Origin: Botryllus schlosseri
Lineage: Eukaryota
Length of the DNA: 64,000 nucleotides
Reading direction: 5' to 3'
NCBI GenBank assembly: GCA_051294905.1
Contig: CM119371.1
Coordinates: forward strand, 27,714,001-27,778,000
The translations under genes were made by a program, and so were the position numbers. The notes beneath the pieces are model-generated. The model was not told the DNA's origin. It saw only the letters and a list, made by a program, of their open reading frames with translations, and ran no database searches. This document shows positions 43,349 to 53,388 of this stretch, piece after piece. How positions within the stretch are numbered: the first letter of the stretch is position 1; each line of letters starts with the position of its first letter.

Positions 43349-43635
43349 TTAAGCTCCGGTTGAACGAGATGAAAGGACTATTGCTACCATCAACATTGCA
43401 GTTAGACCAGCGATAACTTTCGTGAGAGACTGCGATATCGTTGTAGCACCAGATGTAGTCTCAACGACCGTGAAAGCTGCAGTGGACGCGGTCCCGGAAA
43501 TTGGTTGGGTTGTGTTGAACAGGCACGAAGCTCCTGTACATCCGGTGGTTGTCAAAATAACCGAGGTAGTAGTAGTTGTTGGTGGTGCTCCCGTGGTGGT
43601 ATATATAGTCGTCAACTTTGGCGATGTAGAATATG
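43349..43635 (-). CDS. CAP-domain mucin-stalk protein, terminal exon (Thr-rich stalk and hydrophobic GPI-signal-like tail)
   Basis: Minus-strand acceptor cacttcaatcttAG with ACTAAT branch-like site. The phase-1 join gives AYSTSPKLTTIYTTTGAPPTTTTTSV...LTKVIAGLTAMLMVAIVLSSRSTGA*. Confidence 0.8.
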
Positions 43636-44898
43636 CTAAGATTGAAGTGACGGATTAGTTACTGCATGTAGTATTTTCGAATTTCAAGCAAGGCAACAAT
43701 TTGATATGAGGCGGTTTAACAGCGTTGGACAACTGGAGAATTTTCGTATTCTCCTAATTAGATTAGGATTAGAATTAAAGCAACGCAGTTTATTTCAAAT
43801 TAGACTAGAATTTTAATTGTAGCTACACAGTTTTCGTTCAAATTAGATTAGAATTAGAGTTGCTGACTTCGCGAAAACTTGGAGATCTAGCTGCGTTCCG
43901 ATTTGGATAGGAAGAAGTACAGCAAATATCAAGCTCAGTGCACATCGAATCCGAGTTCATTGTCAGATGCATGAGAATGACAAATGTCTGTACACCAAGC
44001 TTGACTCGATACGCACGGTGAATACAGTTCTCATGTAGCATTTGCAGGTAACCAGAAACAAGATTAGAATTGAAATTAGATCCTGGAAACATTTCTTAAA
44101 TCAGATTGGAATTAAAATTAGGCCATAGAAACAATTCACAAATTATACTAGGACTAGATTACGGACATTTCGCTCCAATTGGCTTAACTATGGAAAACCA
44201 TAATGATATATAGTTATCCAAGTCTACTTTCTAGGCCTATCATTTTCCGATGCCACTTGAATAGTCGTTTCGTGATGTTTCGTGAATCAATACTTCTACT
44301 TGCGCTTGTATAGAAATTTACGATGTTACTTGTACTCCAACTTGAGTAAGGACCGAAAACTATACTTTCACCGAATTCGGGTATGCTCGAGACTTTGGGT
44401 TGCATTCAAAACAAATGGTTGTTTAAAACACTTTGTTCAAATCAAAAGTATTAAAAAATATTGTGTTTATTTAAGTTGCAAAATTATGCTATAATTATGT
44501 AAATACTTCCCAAAAATCATGTTGTATTAGCCTACGGACAGTTACCACCCACGAAAAGTTTATTTCAGGAAGAACTACCCTCTTAACGAAAAGAGTGTGT
44601 ATTCAAACGTAAAGGGTGCGCATTCAAACGTAATGTGTGGTACACGAGAATAGAGACTATAACTCAGAATTATATAGCGGGCATACATCCTACGTGCCTA
44701 CGTACTTATACCTTTCCTACGTCCCTACGTGCAAGCATCATTTGGATTACGATGCTGTGTTTGATTTATACCGTGGTGCGAGTCTAGTATGGGTTTTGGA
44801 TTCGTTACATTCACGCACCCGTATAACACGGGTGGTTTACCGAAGCGAATACAGACTTATTTCGGTAAGAATGTATATGAAATCAGACATATACGCAC

Positions 44899-45128
44899 CT
44901 TGAGTTGATGTGTTCGCGGTAGTCTGCGTTGTGAACACTGTACTGTGCGAAAACGTCGTTGATACAGCGCTTGTGATAGATGGTTGAGTCGTAACCACGG
45001 GTTGGGTCGTTGCAGTTGATGGAACGGTTGCAGTTGCGTTACAAAGCTGGTCGACGCATTCGTATCCCTCGCTGCACCTGGTACAGGACTCGCCTGGCGT
45101 AAATGGCGGAACGGGCGAGCCCCCAATG
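44899..45128 (-). CDS. CAP-domain protein exon (Cys-rich hinge plus Thr-rich stalk)
   Basis: ttgttcacAG|(Y)IGGSPVPPFTPGESCTRCSEGYECVDQLCNATATVPSTATTQPVVTT...TSTQ|GTGCGT; matches the CAP hinge P-F/Y-x-x-G-x-x-C-x-x-C..C...LC. The ORF track shows a different frame. Confidence 0.88.
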
Positions 45129-45398
45129 CTGTGAACAATGAGTAGTGTGACTACATACTACACTTCATAGCAGTCGTTCACAAACTAGTGTAACCAAAGT
45201 ATTTCAGACATTATAGCGTTATGTTGGAGCGTCCATCTTCTTGACCGGTAGGTCGGGCGTTCAACCCCAGACCGCGCCAGGTCAAAGGCCTGATAGCATG
45301 GACGGGTGGTGTAAGACTTTCGGCTACACGGCTATTACCGCACACTCCTTGTCCAGCGGCATATGCACAACATCCACTCATGGTATGCATATTCATAT

Positions 45399-47507
45399 CA
45401 GTGATGAGCATCGGAGCGGAGTCGGAGTGGATTCGGAGCGGAGTTCTGCCGATTTTGTGACAGTCGGAGCGGAGTCGGAGTTTACTACAAATATATTTTC
45501 GGAGAATTTCGGAGTATTGTAACTTTTGTCTCCGATATCTTTGGATAGACCTTGTAAAGTTGTAATATGACGGGTAACATGCAAAAATGATTGCCAAGTG
45601 CATAAAAATCAACCATCTGCACTAGGGTTGTCCATAATTTGGAAAATCTCACAAATGCTCCGTTGTAATGTCTTATTTTATAGATTATTGATAAAAAACA
45701 ACAATGGGCCAAAAAGAAGCTCACAGGAAAGCCGTTAAGATTTCGTGCAAAGCGTTTGAAAGTAGCTGCCGAAGAATGGGCGTGCCACCGCCCACAGAAC
45801 GGCGAGAAGACTAGTAATCACGAAACCACGGCTCTTGATTGGCTAATCGGCTATGCTTCAATGATCACAACAGCAGCAACTTGCTGATTAGGTGATCAAG
45901 GGGCCTGCTACCGGCGGCGATTCTGAAAGCGCATTGTAGGTAGGTTCGCGGATGATGATTTAGGATTAATTCACGGCATATTGAGGTACGAAATACATGA
46001 TGAACAAACAACAGGTGCTTCACAAAAACGTCTAAAGCATGACCGCTTTATTGTGAAGGAAAGCGCTGCAGCCTACATGCCTCGATTTCATCGAGGGAAA
46101 ACAACGGCGCTTATTCAAGTGGCGAATGAATTCCCTGTTTCAGACGGGATCCATCATCCTTGAATACAATTATAAAGCTTAACAATGACTCTATAATTAG
46201 TGTGATCTTATTGGGCTCAGGTTGTACTATACAGTTGAAGTTTTGAATGTTCTAGGGATCGGCTGAATCAGCCGGTTATGCTTGGTACTAATCAGATGCT
46301 TACAGCAAATTCAATTCACTTGTAAGTGTTGTCAAAGTCCTTAATGATGCTGCAGAAACGAGGTGTAAATGTAAGAACAGACTATGCTGAATATGATATC
46401 CAAACTATGCTGGATACTATGCAGCATAGTCTGTGGTTACTGCTTACCTTTACACCTCTTTGCCGCGCGATCATTAAGGACTTTGACATATCATATCCAG
46501 CATAGTATGTTCTTACTTTTACACCTCTTTTCTGCGTCATCATTAAGGACTTCGACAATACTTGCACGGGAATTCAATTTGCTGTAAGTGCCAAGCATAA
46601 TCGGCTGATTCAGCCGATCTCTAGAGCATTCAAAACTTCAACAGTAATAGTACAACCTGAGCCCAATAAGTTCACACAAATTATAGTGTCATTGTCAAGC
46701 TTTATATTTGCATTCAATGATGATGGATCCCTTTTGAAACAAGGAATTGATTCGCCACTTGCATAAGCGTCTTTGCTTTCCCTCGATGAAAACAAGGCAT
46801 GTAGGCTACAGCGCTTTCCTTCAGAATAAAGCGGCCATACTTTAGACGTTTCTGTGAAGCACCTGTTGTTTGTTCATCATGTATTTCGTACCTTAACATG
46901 CCCTGAATTAATCCTAAATCATTATCCGCCAACCTGCCAACAATGCGCTCTCATAATCGCCGCCGGTAGCAGACTCCTTGATCACCTAATCAGCAAGTTG
47001 CTGCTGTCGTGATCATTGAAGCATAGCCGATTAGCCAATCAAGAGCCGTGGTTTCGTGATTACTAGTCTTGTCGCCGTTCTGTGGGCGGTGGCACGCCCA
47101 TTCTTCGGCAGCTACTTTCAAACGCTTTGCACGAAATCTTAACGGCTTTCCTGTGAGCTTTTTTTTTTGGCCCATTGTTGTTTTTTTATCAATAATCTAT
47201 AGAATAAGACATTACAACGGAGCATTTTAAAGATTTTTCAAATTATGGACAACCCTAATCTGCACTGCAATTGGGGACTGGAGAGTAGACAATACTATGA
47301 GGCCAACCCTATTATCACATGTACCATGTTATACCATGTGTACCATGTAGCCTACCATGCTTGCCGCTGTTTCGGATACTTGACGAGATTCATCGGAGTA
47401 TCTCGGAGTCTGGGATTGAGCTCTTCGGAGTCGGAGGGAGTTTTCCTCAGACACTAAAGTTGTCGGAGGGATTCGGAGTCTCGAAAAGCACTATCCGCCC
47501 ATCACTG
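45399..47507. mobile_element. Outer hAT MITE (CAGTGATG TIR; ~466 bp without the nested insert)
   Basis: CAGTGATGAGC / GCCCATCACTG; perfect TSD ATTCATAT (45391-98, 47508-15); TCGGAG subterminal repeats at both ends. Confidence 0.9.
45623..47257. mobile_element. Nested, almost wholly palindromic hAT-type element, 1635 bp
   Basis: TIR TAGGGTTGTCCATAATTT extends as an imperfect inverted repeat to a centre near 46405-46430; perfect TSD ATCTGCAC (45615-22, 47258-65). Confidence 0.93.
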
Positions 47508-48311
47508 ATTCATATATGCACAGATTGTGAGTACGTATATCATGAGTCGATGTATATGCCGCAAAAACCACAAGGACAAAGCATATAACGTTCTATATTC
47601 CTATTCCTACACAGCAAATTCACAGTAAATGTATTTCGTTTTAGGTACAGGAAACAGTTTTCACACATCGTTATCGAAATTTTCTCTAATTTGGGATACA
47701 TCTTCATGGACTGCATATACAAATACCTTATACGTCATTCGACTATGGCGCAGTTGCACCCCGCCTCGATCAGCTTGTAAAGAGGAACAATCGCGTCCAT
47801 CGTATTAATTGTGCCTTGTTAGTGTGTGTTAGTAGGGCGATTTTTTGTCAAAATAAGTCAACATTTTGTTAAAGTTGTAGCGTGAGGTCAAAAAATTGTC
47901 ATAATTGTTTACAAAGTCAAATTCTTTTTTGACCCGTGCATTTCGATTGTATCGTAGATTTTGCACTGTCGGTGAACTTATCATTTGGCATTTTACAGCT
48001 TGTAGCCTACTTTATAGGCATACCGTTGTAAGCGGCCAATTGTCTGCTCATTGTGAATCATAAACGGTTAAATGAAACAAATAAGTTGACATCATGTTGA
48101 GGCCAACCTACCGCAATATCCTAACTGAAGCAAAACTGCTTGGGCATTGCATGGTTCTTATATCAAGAAACGCATGATTAAAGATTGTGATGTACACAAC
48201 ACTGTCAGAATGAAACAAATACGGCGTGTCACAAGTAATGTACGCACAACTTCAGTGATGTCAGCCAACTGCTGCTGTTGACTGTTCTTTCTCCATTCTT
48301 GGCAAGCTACT

Positions 48312-48625
48312 TAGTCAGCACAAACACTTTCTACCCGAGAATGTAGAAAACAATCTTCCGTTGTACTACAACAAATTTAACTATACCTGATGTAACTACT
48401 GGAATTCTTCACAGGACTAGATTTCGGTAAAATAAAGTTTTTTCATGTAAAAATGTGTCAGTTTTCAAGTCAAAATGTTTTTTCAGGCCAAACTACTGCG
48501 TAAGGTCAGACAGTTCCAGACAGAAATGAAAATAAGTGGTACAATTTCAACATTGCGTTGTCAAAATAAGGTTTTTTTAGGTCAAAATATGTCAAAATTG
48601 TGGTTTTTAGGTCAAATCTTCCGAT
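48312..48625 (+). repeat. Dispersed repeat, copy 2 (see 29323-29700)
   Basis: Direct collinear similarity to 29323-29700. Confidence 0.85.
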
Positions 48626-49802
48626 TCTCCAGTCAAAAATCGCCCTCGTTATTAGTAATTAGGGGCCGGATTTCCGGGCCGACTTATTTGCTAATCGGCT
48701 CATGTTAATAACCGTACCTACATTTCGAGTGAAGCCGAGTTTTTCATTAATTTATTGGTACGCAAAAATCATAGAATGTCAAGGTGGTAGGCTGTCAGAA
48801 AAAGGTTGGGAAACACTGCACTATAGCGTTATGTTGAAATTATATATTGTAGACAGAGTTGGTCAGTGCCGAAGTACTTCTGTTATTTCAGGATGCTCAA
48901 GCAAGCACAATTTGCCGAATTGTACTGGCTATTCAAGTGGATATCTTTCATTATTATTTCCACATCTACTTTACAGTTTTTAGACAGGACTACTGAATTG
49001 TTGCACTGTGACTTTGTAGTATATATAGTACCAGGCCCAGCTCTCCGGCCAATTCCCAAAAGCACATTGGCACACCTTTGTTGGAAATGTCATTTCGAGT
49101 TATCCTTTTGCGCCACCTAGCGGATCGACAATTCATCAATTGTGAGGCTTCAGTATACTGCGTATTCTTGTTTCATATTTATTTCTTGTCGACATAGATG
49201 GTCCAGTATAATCCTTTAATGATTCATCGTTTTTTGGTTTTATGTCACGACCGACATTAGCTCCAGGATTTTTGCGCGTCGCAGGGTATACGGATCCCTG
49301 AGTTTTTTCGTGAGCTCTAAAGATCTTTAGAAGAGTCGGATAATACTGTGTGCGCATAAAGGGCCGTCATTATGCGCCGAAAGCCAATACCAGCTATGTT
49401 ATAATTCCACTAGCAAGCTGTTATAAGATTATAAAGCATCTCAATCCAGAGACGTAGCCAAAGCGACGTCTTACGAATGATAACAAGCTCAGTAAGATTA
49501 ATGTTAACTTTTGCAGCATTATGGTATGCAAGAGGGGTGATAACAGAAAAACAAACGCGAATCTTTTCCAAATTAAAGCAGTTTGACCCTCCCCCCCCCC
49601 GTGTTCTTGACAGCTAGCTTATACAGAAGTTAGAACTATCCCTAATGCTGACCGCCTTTGCATAACCCAGGTTTTTCTATTTTAATAAATGGCCTGCAAG
49701 CAAGACATCAATCAATCAACGATTGCGGTATTTTGCAACGTGAAGTGTTCGTAACTCTATGATTGTGCTAAATTGTATCACATTTTATACGGTGCGACTT
49801 AC

Positions 49803-49868
49803 TAGGAATTTCCCACTGGTCCGTAGTTGCAGCATATCAGAAAAGGAGGGTGGCCTCCAGCGATAGCA
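49803..49868 (-). CDS. CAP-domain protein exon (CRISP signature 2)
   Basis: ctttcattttAG|AIAGGHPPFLICCNYGPVGNS(Y)|GTAAGT; 66 nt, phase 2 to phase 2; C-N-Y-x-P-x-G-N motif. Confidence 0.88.
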
Positions 49869-50453
49869 CTAAAATGAAAGGTGCAATGTGCATTGATAAA
49901 AGAAAATTCCACCGACTCGTGTGTCTGCATTAGCGCACGCACAGCCACGCACTGACTCACTCCACAGTACACACACACGCCCGTGCGGATGCCCACCAGT
50001 ATCACACCACTTTGAATCAGCATAACTTGCAAGTTAATTATATTTTGAGTATTGAAAGAATCTATTATCTAAGAAAATATCAGGACAAGCAGAGCTTACT
50101 GAGGCTGTCCGCGATACAAGGATTATCAGAATGATATGCATCATCAAATGTCATTACTGCAAGCAAACGAATAATGCATTGTGTGGTAAGATATTGACAA
50201 TGTTATGATGAGAATATTACAAACCACAGCACGCATATCATGTAAACGGAGTGAACTCCAAAATAATATTCTAATATACCGGTGCATGAAGATGGTTACT
50301 TCAAGAAGTAGGTACAGCCAAAGAAATACGGTCAACCATTTCAGACGGCTCCATACCGGCACGACACGACTGCATGTAATGCGGAAATAGCACCGACTGA
50401 CAGCCATAGAGACTGGTGAAATCATTACGGATGCATTCATTCACGACACTTAC

Positions 50454-50569
50454 CTACATTTACCGATGGCGCAGCCCACCTTGTGCGTTTTCGCCCAGAT
50501 TACCTGCAGGTAATGGCCGCATTCTTTGCCACTCTGGCACGTCAATGTGTCCATATCATGCCATTGTAT
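50454..50569 (-). CDS. CAP-domain protein exon (CRISP signature 1); the more 5' exons are not in this window
   Basis: cacatttAG|IQWHDMDTLTCQSGKECGHYLQVIWAKTHKVGCAIGKC(S)|GTAAGT, the GHYTQVVW...VGC motif. The four exons join in frame (699 nt). Confidence 0.9.
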
Positions 50570-50900
50570 CTAAATGTGTGGACATCTCTTACAAATCTAT
50601 ACAAAACCTCGATCTATTGTAGCTTAAAGATGTTTATCAACGAAACAGGATATTTATAATAAATACCCTCGATATTCGATATAAGCAAATAGGGGTCATA
50701 GTAGTCAGCATTGGTTCTTGAATAGACGTAAAAGTAGCGTTTATATTTCATCTCCATCATAAACAAAACCAGCCATTACCAAACATGACGAAAGTACTTC
50801 GAGATGAAGCATAAAATGAAGATGTGCAAAGTGCTCAAGCAAGGTTATCAGAAAGTAAATTTGATTGAGGCGTCACGTAAGTAGTTATATAGATCGGTCT

Positions 50901-51126
50901 GGGGGTGGCAGGGGCTCTTATGGCGGGGTGGTGAGCGGCTGGAAAACCGGGGGTGGTGAGCGGCTCCTTATACCTTATGGCGGGGTGGTGAGCGGCTATT
51001 GCGTCTTATGGCGGGGGTGGTGAGCGGCTCTTATTTCTTATGGCGGGGGTCGTGAGCGGCTGGAAAACCGGGGGTGGTGAGCGGCTTTTATGTCTTATGG
51101 CGGGGTGGCAAGCGGCTATTGTGTCT
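50901..51126 (+). repeat. Polinton subterminal G-rich array, 8 units of GGGGTGGTGAGCGGCT
   Basis: Units at about 50901, 50925, 50950, 50982, 51014, 51046, 51071 and 51102, with spacers alternating TCTTATGGC and GGAAAACC; higher-order ~120-bp duplication. Confidence 0.9.
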
Positions 51127-51793
51127 TGTGGTCGCACCTTTTCAGTATAGGGATAGCTCGCACGCGGCTTCGTTGTTGGCATGTCGTACTTCGTGTTGAA
51201 TATGTATCAAGTAAATAGTCATGTGATTGGTCCTTAGGTAATGTGTATATTCCAAATTACGGCGAGTACGACAATGATATATCGTTATTCTTATGGATGC
51301 GGCGATGATTCGTACTTTCAGGCATCTCTCGCGTGGTGTTGAATATGTACGAGTCACCAACAATAACCGCGCGGACGGAAACGTGGCTTGTTGCGAGGAT
51401 TAAGCAGTGCGACCTATATTTCGAATGACCTGCGCGCTGAATTGTTTCCGTACAGTTGTGTGCTACTATCGATTATTACACTAGAACGATCAGTGTGAAA
51501 TAGTTTGATCGTAAATTATGATATATGATGTCGTAGTTTAGTCGTATCAAATGACCGATCGTGTTCTCTTTCCTCGCTATTGATTGCTACCCGAATAATA
51601 CTTTCGGTTTATTCACACCGCTGTTTCGCGCCTACAGAATAGTCTGCTGTTCACAGTCACAACTTCATCGCGATAGCACAATTTTCACACCTCGATCAGT
51701 AGAACAACACCGCACTAACCCAGTTGTCGAATCACATAGGTCATACATTTTACGCGAAATGAAATATTGTATTGTGGTATACAAATATGCAAA

Positions 51794-52435
51794 CTACTCT
51801 TTCAATTCAACAAGTCTAGTTAACGAATCGATTTTCAAGCTGCCGACACAGTTTTTAACACGAGTTAGTTTATATTTCTTCCCGGGTACGAGCGAGGCTT
51901 TGTTCCATTGATCCAAAACCACCTCGCCAGTATCATCCTTCAATGTAAAACTGTATAATTTCAACTCCTTTCCGGCGCCAGAATTGACCATCTTCTCCTC
52001 TCGAGAAACACAAGTAGCGGTGATCGAGACGTATTCATCTTTATTTCCGTATACCGATTCGCAGGTCAATAATGGGTATTCTTCAGTCGTATGTCTCGAT
52101 TTTCCATGTAGAGTTACTGACGAAGCCCGACCAAGTAATACAGCGGGTTTTCCAGTAAATTTATCAGTTTGAACCCAACCGGATTTGACCATGAGTTTTT
52201 TTCGTTTGGTGAATGCTTTCTCAATGTTCCCGAACAAATCACGATTGAAACACGTGAAAGATATCTCTTCGTTATTGCCATCGATGAATATACCTTTGAG
52301 ATATTGGCTAACGCCACCTCTTTTGGGTGATGAGACGAATTTGACGCCGACGTGAAAATTTGAAGTTGCTCCGACTTGCATAGTGTTGACGCTGTTCGAC
52401 GCCATATCGTTTGATAAAGTGGGAGTCATCAACAA
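51794..52435 (-). CDS. Polinton tandem OB-fold protein, RPA/SSB-like (ATG probably 52429)
   Basis: Two OB-like halves: YLKGIFIDGNNEEISFTCFN...KKLMVKSGWVQ and YVSITATCVSREEKMV...LYSFTLKDDTGEVVLDQWN...PGKKYKLTRV. TATAAATA on the minus strand at 52445-52452. Confidence 0.7.
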   Translation of the reverse strand: MLMTPTLSNDMASNSVNTMQVGATSNFHVGVKFVSSPKRGGVSQYLKGIFIDGNNEEISFTCFNRDLFGNIEKAFTKRKKLMVKSGWVQTDKFTGKPAVLLGRASSVTLHGKSRHTTEEYPLLTCESVYGNKDEYVSITATCVSREEKMVNSGAGKELKLYSFTLKDDTGEVVLDQWNKASLVPGKKYKLTRVKNCVGSLKIDSLTRLVELKE

Positions 52436-52567
52436 ATCCGTCGATATTTATAGAATTAGGCACGTGGTATTAAGTGAGTTAACAGTCTTTGTATAACCCT
52501 GATGACCCGCGTGAATAGACTTGGATTGAAATAAACTTTACAGGAGTTCTGTAAGAAAGGATGCCGT

Positions 52568-52921
52568 TCACAAGTGACAAACGATACGAATGAATTTTCT
52601 TCTTACCCAGTCACTTATCAATGTACTGTAGTGAGTATTCAAGTTGTCTGTTGCTAAATCTCTGTACGCCGCTAGGGTACTTATGTCACTTTTCATCGCC
52701 GCAATGCTTATGACACTAAAAACCCCATTCCAGTCGATGCCGTATGATCGAATCGAGTTAACCAATGCGGTAAAATCACACTTTCGAACACGGCTCACGT
52801 TTTGTCCATGTACATAGAAATCTAGTACTCCGTGGATGAATTTTTCCGTCTCGCTCAATGTGGGGGTTGTCAAGTTATGATAATAGAGAAGGTAATTCTC
52901 AATAATCGCGCTAGTTGCCAT
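52568..52921 (-). CDS. Polinton hypothetical protein, 117 aa
   Basis: ATG-initiated ORF with globular helical composition, co-oriented with the OB-fold gene; no recognisable motif. Confidence 0.6.
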   Translation of the reverse strand: MATSAIIENYLLYYHNLTTPTLSETEKFIHGVLDFYVHGQNVSRVRKCDFTALVNSIRSYGIDWNGVFSVISIAAMKSDISTLAAYRDLATDNLNTHYSTLISDWVRRKFIRIVCHL

Positions 52922-53299
52922 AACGAGTATATGTAACTATCACCTGAAAAAGTAAACCATGAGAATGACACCACAATGTGTTAAAATGGTGAAATACACC
53001 GCTCAGATTTCAAAAAAAAAAACAGATGTTGGCGGGTGCGTTTGACATGTGTGACACAATAAAATCACCCGTTTCGCTAAACAGGAAATTCACTAAAGCG
53101 CAGTGTGCTGTGTGATTTTGAAAAAACAGATGTCCGCGGCCGCGTTTCGATCTGTGTGACACACTAAATACGTCCGGTTCTGAAATTCGGAAACACGGTC
53201 GGTTCTGGGGATTACGCAGTGTGCGTGCGGCCTATATTTCGAATGACCTGTGCGCTGAATTATTTCCCACCCAGCCGCGTGCTACTATCGAATTAAATC

Positions 53300-53307
53300 T
53301 ATAAATA
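53300..53307 (+). promoter_or_regulatory. TATA box of ORF 53389
   Basis: TATAAATA ~85 nt upstream of the ATG; the same octamer occurs at 59452, 61227 and (minus) 52445. Confidence 0.6.
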
Positions 53308-53388
53308 GCCAACACCGCGATCTGATTGTTATACTTCGCTGTCGCAGACATAAACGTTGGTTGGAGCAGTTAGATTAATTATTGTACA

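Noticed and set aside
43838-44405. Possible additional stalk exons of the CAP gene (ORFs 43838-44092, 44214-44405)
   Set aside because: No clean phase-1/phase-1 splice pair found, and exon 44899 joins 43635 directly in frame.
45981-47175. Paired similar ORFs (45981-46163 + / 46714-46932 -, and 46990-47175 -)
   Set aside because: They are mirror images created by the palindromic element, differ in stops and show no protein motif.
49961-50030. Possible extra CAP exon ending at a GTGAGT donor
   Set aside because: The phase-compatible frame has two stops, and exons 50454-50569 and 49803-49868 already join into a continuous CAP motif.
50901-51126. Regularly spaced 16-bp repeats resembling a CRISPR array
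   Set aside because: Spacers are short (8-16 nt) and themselves repeated, there are no cas genes, and the context is eukaryotic. This is a Polinton subterminal array.
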